A stretch of 58,808 bases of DNA from positions 18,313,040-18,371,847 of the forward strand of contig NC_068991.1 in NCBI RefSeq assembly GCF_001194135.2. The letters run 5' to 3'. The position numbers and the translations under genes were made by a program. Positions 26,289 through 58,507 of this stretch are shown here, piece by piece; the first letter of the stretch is position 1; the number at the start of each line of letters is the position of its first letter. Below the pieces are notes generated by a model. The model made no database searches. It was not told the DNA's origin and worked only from the letters and a program-made list of their open reading frames with translations. This stretch comes from Octopus bimaculoides. Lineage: Eukaryota.

Positions 26289-26612
26289 CTATAGCCTCTA
26301 CCAAAGCCTTGTGAGTGGATTTGGTAGACGGAAACTGAAAGAAGCCTGTCGTATATATGTATATATATATATATATATATGTGTGTATGTGTGTGTGTGT
26401 GTGTATATGTTTGTGTGTCTGTGTTTGTCCCCCCAACATCGCTTGACAACCGATGCTGGTGTGTTTACGTCCCTGTAACTTAGCGGTTCGGCAAAAGAGA
26501 CCGATAGAATAAGTACTAGGCTTACAAAGAATAAGTCCTGGGGTCAATTTGCTCAACTAAAGGCGGTGCTCCAGCATGGCCGCAGTCAAATGACTGAAAC
26601 AAGTAAAAGAGT
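26289..26612 (+). mobile_element. SINE family D copy
   Basis: ccaaagccttgtgagtggatttggtagacgg...(TA)n(TG)n...gactgaaacaagtaaaag. Confidence 0.88.
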
Positions 26613-27204
26613 AAAAGAGAGTAAGAGTATATATATAATATATGTATGTGTGTGTGTGTGTGTTTGTGTGTGTGCATGCGTGTGTGTGTGTATGTGTGTT
26701 TGTGTAATGTTTCCTTATTTCAGATGGTAGGATGAGATATTTTGGAATGGCTATTACATATATTATATAAGTGCATTGTGATGTGATGTAAGGAATACAC
26801 AGAACTTATTTGTTACCTTTTAGATTCGGTCCCTTAATATGGCGGAGGTTTTTTTTTTCTCTCCCCAAATTGTTTTAGCAGAACAAAAGTATCCAAGCTG
26901 CTCAATGGTGAAAAATCGAGTGCCTGACTAATAAGAATTGTCTTATGATGTTGACATGAGACACTGGTGGACAAACAGAGAGAGAGGGAGAGAGGAGAGG
27001 AGAGAAAGAAAGAAAGAAAGTGAGAGAGAAAGAGAGACCGAACAACTGACTGACTGATGGACAGACAGGCAGACAAACAGACAAGCAGAGATAGACAGAC
27101 AAATTCTTGAGCTAAACTTTTGCACTAAAATGTATCCCTTGTCCCCCGCATCCCCTGTCCACCATTTCTCCATCTACTATGGTGAGGAGTAAAGGGGGTT
27201 AAGA

Positions 27205-27379
27205 CAATAAGAACAGCAACAACAAAATAATAAAAATAATGATGATGATGAAGATGATGATGATGATGACAACAATGATGACAATGATGATGATAATAAA
27301 AATAATAATGTTTTTCTTTGTTGGCCAGAAGGGCTGAATAATAATAATAATAATAATAATAACAATGATGATGATGATG

Positions 27380-27419
<40 letters not shown>

Positions 27420-27425
27420 CGACAA
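27205..27425. repeat. Compound trinucleotide array (AAT/GAT/AAC)
   Basis: Direct reading. Confidence 0.93.
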
Positions 27426-27621
27426 TGTCTCACACTATGCCCCATTACACCACATGAAAAAAAGAGAGAAGAAAGGATAAAATAAAATAAAACTGCACCC
27501 AAGCAAAAATGCAAACCCCTTATTTTACAAAAATAAGAACATAACTAAACAAACAAGGGATATGGGTGGAAGAGGACAGAAGGGAGGTGGAGAAAACATG
27601 GTGTGGTAATCTGTGTGTGTG

Positions 27622-27623
<2 letters not shown>

Positions 27624-27683
<60 letters not shown>
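27624..27683. repeat. (GA)n microsatellite
   Basis: Direct reading. Confidence 0.97.
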
Positions 27684-27686
<3 letters not shown>

Positions 27687-28326
27687 GAGTGGGAGAGCAA
27701 GGGGCAGGGATAAGACAAGAATGCTTAGAAGTGCTACTGAAATAACAAAATAATGAAGGATAAAAAGGAACAAAAAAGAAAGGTAAGTAAATATTTTGAC
27801 CCTTTTGGTCCCTTCACTTTGTCTCACTCTCTCTCTTTCTCAATCTCTTTTTGTTTAATTTTGCTGTTTGCCACAAAAAAAAAAACAAAAAAACTAACAA
27901 AATTAAATCAAATATAGAAACTCCAAAGAATAAAGATGGCTGCCAAGGAAAACAAAAAAGGAAAGAAAAGAATGAGAAAATGTACAAAGAAACTATGATT
28001 CCCTCACCCCCACCCTCACACCCTTCTATGGTCTTTCAACACCAAATGACCCAAAGCCATGATTTAGTTCAGGTGAACATCAGAAATCAGAAATGCACTA
28101 GAAATACATATCCCATGATGCATTCTGCTAGGAGATCTTTACATAACGTCATCAATCCTTTACTCCCTCTACTTAAGCTGAGAGACAGTCCCAACGACTC
28201 AGCACCACTGCCAGCACCACCACCATGGGGGTTAACTCAACTTGCTAGAAACAGCAGTTGAATTCCTTCATGTCACTTTGTAGCATCTTAAAGAACACAT
28301 TGATGATGTGATCCTGGGTCGCCCTG

Positions 28327-28365
<39 letters not shown>

Positions 28366-28579
28366 ACATCATAGTTTAACATCTGATTTCCATGCTGGCA
28401 TGGGTTGGACGATTTGACAGAAGCTGGCCAGCCGGAGAGCTGTCTAGGCTCCAATTGTCTGTTTTGTCATGGTTTCTATGGCTAGATGCCCTTCCTAACA
28501 CCAACCACTTTACAGAGTGTGCTGGGAGTGTTTTATGTGCTACTCACATAAGTGCATTTTACATGGTATCAGCATGGGT

Positions 28580-28987
28580 ACATTTCACATAGGAGGCGCA
28601 ATGGCCCAGTGGTTAGGGCAGCGGACTCGCGGTCATAGGATCGCGGTTTCGATTCCCAGACTGGGCGTTGTGAGTGTTTATTGAGTGAAAACACCTAAAG
28701 TTCCACGAGGCTCCGGCAGGGGATGGTGGCGAACCCTGCTGTACTCTTCCACCACAACTTTCTCTCACTCTTACTTCCTATTTCTGTGGTACCTGTACTT
28801 CAAAGGGCCAGCCTTGTCACACTCTGTGTCACGCTGAATCTCCCCGAGAACTATGTTAAGGGTACACGTGTCTGTGGAGTGCTCAGCCATTTGCACATTA
28901 ATTTCATGAGCAGGCTGTTCTGTTGATCAGATCAACTAGAACCCTCGACGCCGTAAGCGACAGAGTGCCAACACACACATTTCACAT
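28580..28987 (+). mobile_element. SINE family A copy with 11-bp TSD, inserted at the end of an RTE-type 3' fragment
   Basis: Head GGAGGCGCAATGGCCCAGTGG at 28592. TSD ACATTTCACAT at 28580 and 28977. Confidence 0.9.
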
Positions 28988-29667
28988 GGCATGAGTGTAT
29001 TTCATGTGGCATTGATGCCTACAAGACAAAGTCCTCTCAGTTGGGAGAGGGAGTGGGGGGCATGGCCATAAAGGACGTGCCTGTATGTATGTATGTATGG
29101 ATGGCCGAAATATGAGATGGTCACTGCTGCTATGTTTTTTTTTTTATAGGTGTGCTTGATCAGGGCTGATCTGGGGGTTAAACTGACAACAGCAACAACA
29201 ACAACAACAAATGAACTAACAAGGGAATCTCTATGGGGGTCGCTCAACCCGCTAGAAATAGCAACCAAATCTCCATTAAATCATTGTCTTGAATAAGAAA
29301 GGACACATTAGATAAAGAAAGGATGTTCACCACTGGGATGCCTTTGACTATTCAACTGCGCAATCATTGACCAAGAGCTATACAATAGCCATAACAACAA
29401 CAACAACAGAAATATGAGGACCTTTATGTGGTTGGTTGACCTGCAAGAAATAGCTGCCATATTTTCCTCAACTCACACACCCACCAGCTTAAATAAGAAA
29501 GAACGCATTAGATAAATTGCAGTCCTATATATTACTAAAATATCACAGATCAATTAGATTAAAGTTGATTTGGTGCTAAATAACCACTACCATCATCATC
29601 ACCACCACCATCACACACACACACACATATATGTGTATATGTGTGTGTGTATATATATATATATATA

Positions 29668-30440
29668 TCATCATCATCATCATCATCGTTTAACATCCGC
29701 TTTCCATGCTAGCATGGGTTGGACGATTTGACTGAGGACTGGTGAAACCGGATGGCAACACCAGGCTCCAGTCTGATTTGGCAGAGTTTCTACAGCTGGA
29801 TGCCCTTCCTAACGCCAACCACTCAGAGAGTGTAGTGGGTGCTTTTACGTGTCACCCGCACGAAAACGACCACGCTCGAAATGGTGTCTTTTATGTGCCA
29901 CCCGCACNNNNNNNNNNNNNNNNNNNNNNNNNNNNNNNNNNNNNNNNNNNNNNNNNNNNNNNNNNNNNNNNNNNNNNNNNNNNNNNNNNNNNNNNNNNNN
30001 NNNNNNNNNNNNNNNNNNNNNNNNNNNNNNNNNNNNNNNNNNNNNNNNNNNNNNNNNNNNNNNNNNNNNNNNNNNNNNNNNNNNNNNNNNNNNNNNNNNN
30101 NNNNNNNNNNNNNNNNNNNNNNNNNNNNNNNNNNNNNNNNNNNNNNNNNNNNNNNNNNNNNNNNNNNNNNNNNNNNNNNNNNNNNNNNNNNNNNNNNNNN
30201 NNNNNNNNNNNNNNNNNNNNNNNNNNNNNNNNNNNNNNNNNNNNNNNNNNNNNNNNNNNNNNNNNNNNNNNNACCCCTTCCACGGGTTCCCTCAACTGTT
30301 AGGGTGTGGCACTTTTTCACGCAGCTATCCTCCTCCATTCTCACCACATGTCCATACCAGCGCAATCGTCTCTCTTGCACGCCACAACTGATGCTTCTAA
30401 TGTTCAGCTTTTCTCTCAAGATACTTACACTCTGACGGGT
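29668..30440 (-). mobile_element. RTE-clade LINE 3' fragment: ORF2 C-terminus, gap, VNTR, 3' UTR and (GAT)n tail
   Basis: LREKLNIRSISCGVQERRLRWYGHVVRMEEDSCVKKCHTLTVEGTRGRG at 30440-30273. Tail gttaaacgatgatgatg. Confidence 0.85.
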
Positions 30441-30455
30441 ATTCACATTGACATT

Positions 30456-30506
<51 letters not shown>

Positions 30507-30884
30507 TATACACATATATATACATATATATAGTTGAGGTGTATTCCATTAAGAATGTATTAGAGTACAAAATAGAGCTTGTTGTATTGAAATATGTGTA
30601 GTGGTCATTAAACAGCTGTTGAATCATACTCCCTCTTCCTTTTGACTCTATTTATTCTTTCCTTGTTATATATATATATATATGGGGGTTCGTTCCACTG
30701 CTTGCAATATATATCGGGTGCAGATTGCATTGATAACCAGCTGGAAGAGGTTCTTCCTGGGGTTAAAAACAGTAGTAACATCAATTCCTATGGGACAGCC
30801 ATATTGATGTGGTGATAAACATTACTTCTCAGCATATTTACTACTTTCATCTCTTATAGAAAAATTTTCTAACTAGCTACTTTG

Positions 30885-30922
<38 letters not shown>

Positions 30923-31542
30923 GCTTGCTTGTTTGTTGTACCTTGTTTATCATTTTGTCCATGTTCCTTTGCCACGTCATGTACCCAGTTATGTATCTAT
31001 ATGTACATGTAGATGAAGGTATGTACATACATGTACATATATATGCATATANNNNNNNNNNNNNNNNNNNNNNNNNNNNNNNNNNNNNNNNNNNNNNNNN
31101 NNNNNNNNNNNNNNNNNNNNNNNNNNNNNNNNNNNNNNNNNNNNNNNNNNNNNNNNNNNNNNNNNNNNNNNNNNNNNNNNNNNNNNNNNNNNNNNNNNNN
31201 NNNNNNNNNNNNNNNNNNNNNNNNNNNNNNNNNNNNNNNNNNNNNNNNNNNNNNNNNNNNNNNNNNNNNNNNNNNNNNNNNNNNNNNNNNNNNNNNNNNN
31301 NNNNNNNNNNNNNNNNNNNNNNNNNNNNNNNNNNNNNNNNNNNNNNNNNNNNNNNNNNNNNNNNNNNNNNNNNNNNNNNNNNNNNNNNNNNNNNNNNNNN
31401 NNNNNNNNNNNNNNNNNNNNNNNNNNNNNNNNNNNNNNNNNNNNNNNNNNNNNNNNNNNNNNNNNNNNNNNNNNNNNNNNNNNNNNNNNNNNNNNNNNNN
31501 NNNNNNNNNNNNNNNNNNNNNNNNNNNNNNNNNNNNNNNNNN

Positions 31543-31587
<45 letters not shown>

Positions 31588-32751
31588 GTGTATGTGTTTG
31601 TATGTCTGTGTTTGTCCCCCCAACATCGCTTGACAACCGATGCTGGTGTGTTTATGTCCCCGTAACTTAGCGGTTCGGCTAAAGACCGATAGAATAAGTA
31701 CTAGGCTTCCAAAGAATAAGTCCTGGGGTCGATTTGCTCGACTAAAGGCGGTGCTCCAGCATAGCCACAGTCAAAAGACTGAAACAAGTAAAAGAGTATG
31801 TATGTATGTGCATCTGTTTTTTTCCCCACTACTGCTTAACAACTGGAGTTGGTTGGTTTACATTCCCCTTACATTGCAGTTCAAAAGAGACTGACAGAAT
31901 AACCACCAGACTTACAAATAAGTACGAGGGTTGCCTTGTTCGATTAAATCCTCCAAGGTGCTGCCTCAGTATAGCCTTGGTCATAGAGGTAGAACAGACT
32001 AAAAAACACAACTGAATGACCTGATGACCTAACAGAAAGAGGTCACTGATGGTGGTGGTGGTGGTGGTGGTGGTAGTGGTGGTAATGGTGGTGGTGGTTT
32101 CCATAGTAATAAGTTACATTAGCAAATCCAACAGATGGTCATAGTGAACCTTTGTCTTCTCCATCCCACTGCTCTATCATCACCTTTCTCCTTCTCTTCT
32201 GTACCTTACAACACTATCGAGTAACACCACCGTCACCGCCATGAAATAGCACAGTAAAAAAAAATCCATAACTTGTACATGCACTGGAGTGCACTGCTGC
32301 TGTAAATATGACTAAAATGTCCTCTGTCAGTTTGATTTCTAAACATAGGCTCAAGGCCTTGAATTTCAAAGGAGGTTATGACAGTGGTGATGATGTTGAT
32401 GATGGTGGTGGTGACGGCAGTAAAGGAACAAGGAACTGTAGGTTATATCTATACTATCCCCAGTAGCTGACAGGTATCAATTTTATTGATGTAACAATGT
32501 TGTTGGTATTGTTGTTGCAGTCAATTCCCAGGGTAGCCATCATTGAACAAATCTATGACTGAAGGTGCTCCAGTGTTGACCATCACATCATTTTGTATGT
32601 ACATCAAGGACTATATTGTCCAGTGTGTTTATCTTTAGTTAAAAGTAGCTTAAAAGCTGCACTCTGTGAGGACTTTTAAGCTGGCTCCTGTGGTGGGCTA
32701 ATTTGGCCTGTGACCCAAAACTAAAGAGAACTAAATAACATGACTATAATA

Positions 32752-32909
32752 TACATTATTTACATTATTAACATATGACAGATATTTTTCCTCATCTTGT
32801 TTGTTGTTAACACAATGTTTCGGCTGATATACCCTCCAGCCTTCATCAGGTGTCTTGAGGAAATTTTGAACCTGGGTTTTCGTTCCTAAGGTATTTTTTG
32901 ATGTTGTTG

Positions 32910-32943
<34 letters not shown>

Positions 32944-33019
32944 AATCACTGCCTGGAATCGAACTTGGAATCTTGGGGTTAGTAGTCCGCACTCTTAACC
33001 ACTATGCCATATGCCCCCC
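32752..33019 (-). mobile_element. tRNA-headed short retroelement with Penelope-type minimal hammerhead ribozyme
   Basis: Minus strand: A box TGGCATAGTGG (33009-32999), B box AAGTTCGATTCC (32966-32955), (AAT)n(AAC)n spacer, then gacac-CTGATGA-A-GGCTG gagggtatat CAGCC-GAAAC-ATT-gtgtt (32854-32809). Confidence 0.75.
32809..32854 (-). ncRNA. Minimal type I hammerhead ribozyme motif (this copy probably inactive, G16.2>A)
   Basis: CUGAUGA core, 5-bp helix II, GAAAC, 5-bp helix I (gacac/gtgtt). The sibling copies at 6121-6302 carry the intact palindromic GAAACGUU. Confidence 0.7.
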
Positions 33020-33935
33020 ACCAGGCATAATGTTTTGAGTGTCTGTATGTATGAGCATGTGTGCAATACACGTGGTGGTCTAATGTTTNNNNNNNNNNNN
33101 NNNNNNNNNNNNNNNNNNNNNNNNNNNNNNNNNNNNNNNNNNNNNNNNNNNNNNNNNNNNNNNNNNNNNNNNNNNNNNNNNNNNNNNNNNNNNNNNNNNN
33201 NNNNNNNNNNNNNNNNNNNNNNNNNNNNNNNNNNNNNNNNNNNNNNNNNNNNNNNNNNNNNNNNNNNNNNNNNNNNNNNNNNNNNNNNNNNNNNNNNNNN
33301 NNNNNNNNNNNNNNNNNNNNNNNNNNNNNNNNNNNNNNNNNNNNNNNNNNNNNNNNNNNNNNNNNNNNNNNNNNNNNNNNNNNNNNNNNNNNNNNNNNNN
33401 NNNNNNNNNNNNNNNNNNNNNNNNNNNNNNNNNNNNNNNNNNNNNNNNNNNNNNNNNNNNNNNNNNNNNNNNNNNNNNNNNNNNNNNNNNNNNNNNNNNN
33501 NNNNNNNNNNNNNNNNNNNNNNNNNNNNNNNNNNNNNNNNNNNNNNNNNNNNNNNNNNNNNNNNNNNNNNNNNNNNNNNNNNNNNNNNNNNNNNNNNNNN
33601 NNNNNNNNNNNNNNNNNNNNNNNNNNNNNNNNNNNNNNNNNNNNNNNNNNNNNNNNNNNNNNNNNNNNNNNNNNNNNNNNNNNNNNNNNNNNNNNNNNNN
33701 NNNNNNNNNNNNNNNNNNNNNNNNNNNNNNNNNNNNNNNNNNNNNNNNNNNNNNNNNNNNNNNNNNNNNNNNNNNNNCATTTTCTCACAGTGAAAAATCC
33801 TGAACTTTTTTTTACTTTCCAAGTCTCAACTACAATTATGGAGACTTGAAAAAGAATAAATAGAGTTTATTATGCCAAGAATGTAACAGCAGAAGTTAAT
33901 CTCAAAATCCATTCCTCTGAGATAACACAATGAAA

Positions 33936-33974
<39 letters not shown>

Positions 33975-34308
33975 CTATAAATAGAAATAAAAGTAAAAAT
34001 GCTACTACTACTAACAATCCTTTCTACTACAGGCACAATGCCTGGAATTCATGGGGGAAAAGGGGCTGGCTGATTACATTGACTTCAGTGTTCAATAGGT
34101 ACTTAGTTTATTGATCCCAGAAGAATGAAAGGCAAAGTCAATCTTGGCAGAATTTGAACTTTGAATGTAAAGACGGACAAAATGCTGCTGGAACCATGTG
34201 GTTGGGAAGTAAGCTTCTTACCACACAGCCATGCCTGTGCGTACATTTGGTGACATTAATTGAATTATCATTTTTTCATTCAATATAAGATGGAATGATA
34301 CATAAGAA

Positions 34309-54926
<20,618 letters not shown>

Positions 54927-55136
54927 TTCTGTGGAAGTAATTTCAGAAATTACATTCATACAGTTAATGCAAATAATAATCCCCATGAATACAGATATTG
55001 GTTTCAAATCTTGGTACAAGGACAGAAAAGTTCAAGGGAGGGGGGCTAAGTCAATTATATCAACCCCAGGGATCAATAGATACTTATTCTATTGACCTTA
55101 TAAAGATGAAAGGCAAAGTGGACTTCAGTGGAATTT

Positions 55137-55458
55137 GGGCGATCTTACAGTACGAGTCCTAAATATCGGCCTTTTTCGTAAAAAGTGTCTTCGGTGATCT
55201 TTACCAAAAATTGGCCTTTTCCATAAAAAGTGTTGGAGAGAAACAGGGAAACGACGTCATAAAAGTGAAAGACATACAGAGAGCGCGATTTATTTTGAAG
55301 GGTATAGGGTTAGGGTTAGGGGATTCCATCCCTAACCGTAACCCTAACCCTAACCCTGATACTAAAACCCTAACCCTGACACTAAAACCCTAACCCTAAC
55401 ACCGTAGTGAAGATCGTGCGGGTGCTACGGAAAAGGGCGATCTTTGGTAAAGATCGCC
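55137..55458. mobile_element. ~320-bp element with terminal hairpin and inverted telomeric repeats (HINE/Helentron-like or MITE), inserted in a family C SINE
   Basis: GGGCGATCTT at 55137 and 55435. Terminal hairpin GGCGATCTTT-ggt-AAAGATCGCC (55436-55458). (TTAGGG)n then (CCCTAA)n at ~55305-55400. Confidence 0.65.
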
Positions 55459-55669
55459 GAATTTAGAACATAAAGACAGATGAAATATCACTAAGCATTT
55501 CGCTTGGTTTGTTAATGATTGTTAGTTCGACACCTTCGTATGAATACAAATACAAAATTCGAAAACTAGCAGACGGGCAGACCAGGAGTGGACAGGGCAT
55601 GCCACTGATGAAATTGTGATTGGTGATGAAAGGATTCTGACAAACTTAGCTGATGGACAGATCAAATGG

Positions 55670-55995
55670 TTAATCCTTTAGCATTTAAACTGGCCATATC
55701 AGGCCCAAATAGTCTATGTGTTTTATGTTTAAACTGACCAAATTTAGCCTCTCACACCTATCACATCAATGAAATCTAGAAGCAGCAAGGTAATGCAGGA
55801 TTAATTCAAACCAATTTGTTTGTTGTTGGCACTCTGTCGCTTACGACGTTGAGGGTTCCAGTTGAGGGAATCGAAACCACGATCCTGTGACCGCGAGTCC
55901 GCAGCCCTAACCACTGGGCCAGTGCGCCTCCACCAAACCAATTTGAATAAATAAGCATTATGCTTGACAAAATAATCTGAATGCTAATGGGTTAA
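55670..55995. mobile_element. TTAA/piggyBac-type MITE copy interrupted by a mini-SINE
   Basis: TTAAtcctttagcattt...aatgctaatgggTTAA. Confidence 0.75.
55807..55945 (-). mobile_element. Internally deleted (115-bp head+tail) family A SINE with 12-bp TSD, nested in a TTAA MITE
   Basis: TSD CAAACCAATTTG at 55807 and 55934. Head is fused to tail at ~55865. Confidence 0.85.
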
Positions 55996-57269
55996 TGAAA
56001 CAATCAAGTAGTTAATTAGTTAAATGGTTAGCTAGTTGATTAACAATAATAATAATAAAAGAAGTGGAACAGAATTGGTGCATGTGTTTGTAAATGGTGT
56101 AACAACCCTTCCAAGATCCAATAAAAAAATAAAAACATAATTATTAACAAGATATATGTCTTCAGCATATTTTTAGAATTTTATATATTAGTAGTAAGGC
56201 TTTTGTTAACCATCATCATCATCATCATCGTTTAACGTCCACTTTCCATGCTAGCATGGGTTGGACGATTTGACTGAGGACTGGTGAAACCGGATGGCAA
56301 CACCAGGCTCCAATCTAAATTTGGCAGAGTTTCTACAGCTGGATAATTTCCTTTCCATTTTAAAAGTTCCTCTTTAAGGCACAAGCCTGAGAAAGGTTTA
56401 TTGTACAAGACCAGCAATTCTCCATGTATGCAAATCTTTCCTCTCCATGCCATCAAATTTTCATTTAGCAAAGAATGGCTGGCTGGTTGGCTGGATACAT
56501 ACATACATACATATACAGTATATATATAGTGCTCGCGTTGTGTAGGGCTGACCGTGTGAATTTTCCGAGCCCTCTCCCCACCCCACCCCGTTTGCCAGCG
56601 CGCATTTTTTCCTTCATATTTGTTTAATATACGGTGCACTTCAACTACTACACTATTTTTTTTTTCAATTTTTCCACCGGGTGTGGATCTATATAAAAAC
56701 CGTCATGGCTGTGTGGTAAGTATGAAAAATTCTTGATTCTGTAATTTGATTATTTGACTGCTAGCGCATAAAGTATACAAGCAGCCCTGAAAAAAAACTT
56801 TGTGATCAAAGTGGCCCTCAATGTAATTCGAGTTGGCCAGGCCTGCTCTACATGGTGGCTTGATCTGCTAGAAATATCAACTAAATCTCCCTTCAGTTAC
56901 GCTCTTACAAACGAGGACACAAAATGACGCAATCAGATACCAAAATTTCATGACTGGAATCCTATTGATCATAGGTTTGCTCACCCAAGATTGATCAGAG
57001 GCTAAACAACAACAACAACATAAAGTATTTTTTACTTTTGTGGAGTAGGGATCATATTCAACGGCTTCAGTTGTTGAGATATTCGCATAAATGTTTTACA
57101 CGTGTGTATTCATCAATCCACACTTATATACAGAAAGATCATAAACTTTCAGGATAAATTATCGAAAATACATACACAGATGTATATTCAATAACATACA
57201 GTAACTATGTGTTTAAAATATGGGCAACAGTTTTAAGAATGGAATAAAATTTATAGAGAACGAGGGGGT

Positions 57270-58370
57270 TTACCGTCGAATTAATTTCAAAATATAGACA
57301 TCGTCTGTCAGAGGTTGGTGGAACAGAGTTATTTCCCTTCGTTCAAATTGATTTCACATCATGTTACAAATATTTATTTGTTTATGACAACCGGCTGAGT
57401 CATGTACAATCCATATTCCTTATTTTTTAATGTTCAACGAAGACATCAAGTTTCATTTCTATGTGTACGATAAAATGCTATATAAAATCGTTTATAAAGT
57501 AGTTTATGTAAAAATAAAAGCACAGAATTAGGCTAAATATATAAAAAGCGCAGAATTAGGGTAAATATATAAATATTAGGGTAAATATATATAAAAAAAC
57601 TAGAATATTTTTGAAAAATATGTCAGATTCGTAATTTCCGTTCTGTGTAACAGGTATACAGAAAAGAAAGTGGGGGTGGGGAATGACGAAAAAAAACCCC
57701 CTTCAAATTCCTTGCCTTTTCCCGTCCCAATGAAGCTGAGACAGTTTTATGACAACAGTTCATTTATTACATTTATTATCGACGACTGATCCTCTTTTAT
57801 TTTTATGAATAAAAACATTTTCAAACGATTTCTAAATAAAACTCACTGAAGTCCATGCCATTAGGGAGGACAACCATGTCGCTTTGCTGTACTTCCGGTT
57901 GTATACAATTTTTTTTGTGATTAATTATTCAATTATGTTGTTTTAAAATCCTGCACTTCCGAAATTATGCACATATCATAATTAAAATATATGTGTTATT
58001 ATGATACATAAATACTTATAAAATACAATATAAAAAAGCAAATACAAATTTAATTCTAGTCACTTTAGTATATCAATATGCAAATAAGGTCAGCCAATAT
58101 AACTAATACAAGATGTGTAGAGGTATATATAACCTGCTAAAGATCGTAGTTAATAGGAGTTCCTTTAAGACTTGCTTTCTGGTTACAAACGGAGATGAAC
58201 CTATCTCATTATCACCGGAGGGAAAGTCCCCAGACCGAGCGTAGAGATTACTGATTTGAGGAATCGTTCCTAACCTATCAGCTGTCTCCCGTTGATGCAA
58301 TGACGCCATTTGGCGGAGCTGGGAGTTGTTGGTAGGTATTTTCGTCAAAGTCCAAGATCGATGCAAGTAG
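57270..58370 (-). promoter_or_regulatory. CpG-enriched candidate promoter / first-exon region of ERMARD
   Basis: Local excess of CG. ETS-like ACTTCCGG at 57891-57898 and YY1-like CGCCATTT over an ATG at 58309. Minus-strand donor candidates after 58134 (AG|gttata) and 57274 (CG|gtaaac). Confidence 0.45.
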
Positions 58371-58507
58371 CACTTTAGTGTTAACTGAATGGGGAATACT
58401 CTGAAGGAATTGCTATTTTTTTTTAAAACAATTCCAAAGCGTTCCTAGAGAATAGTCAGATATTATCTAGTATGCCAAAAGCCCTAATTTCTTTTCTCTC
58501 TTTTCTC

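Noticed and set aside
27700-27790. Plus-strand donor AAAG|gtaagt at ~27783 and acceptor at ~1455
   Set aside because: Isolated sites in low-complexity DNA with no coding chain.
28592-28665. tRNA gene-like sequences at SINE heads (also 40914, 33019, 39011)
   Set aside because: They have A/B boxes but no complete cloverleaf or acceptor stem, and they continue into SINE bodies.
29733-29750. ctgaggactggtgaaac resembles a hammerhead core
   Set aside because: No helix II or helix I pairing, and it is antisense to the element. Similar CTGATGA hits at 6970, 14195, 34687, 40824 and 55605 also lack GAAA or stems.
29742-29907. Recurring [26 protein letters not shown]... (also 47316, 51797, 42792, 52569 5' part)
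   Set aside because: Antisense reading of the RTE 3' UTR.
57520-57600. Short tandem repeats containing TTAGGG (also the 18-20-bp triplication at 5757-5812)
   Set aside because: Simple local slippage duplications, too short to indicate telomeric origin or function.
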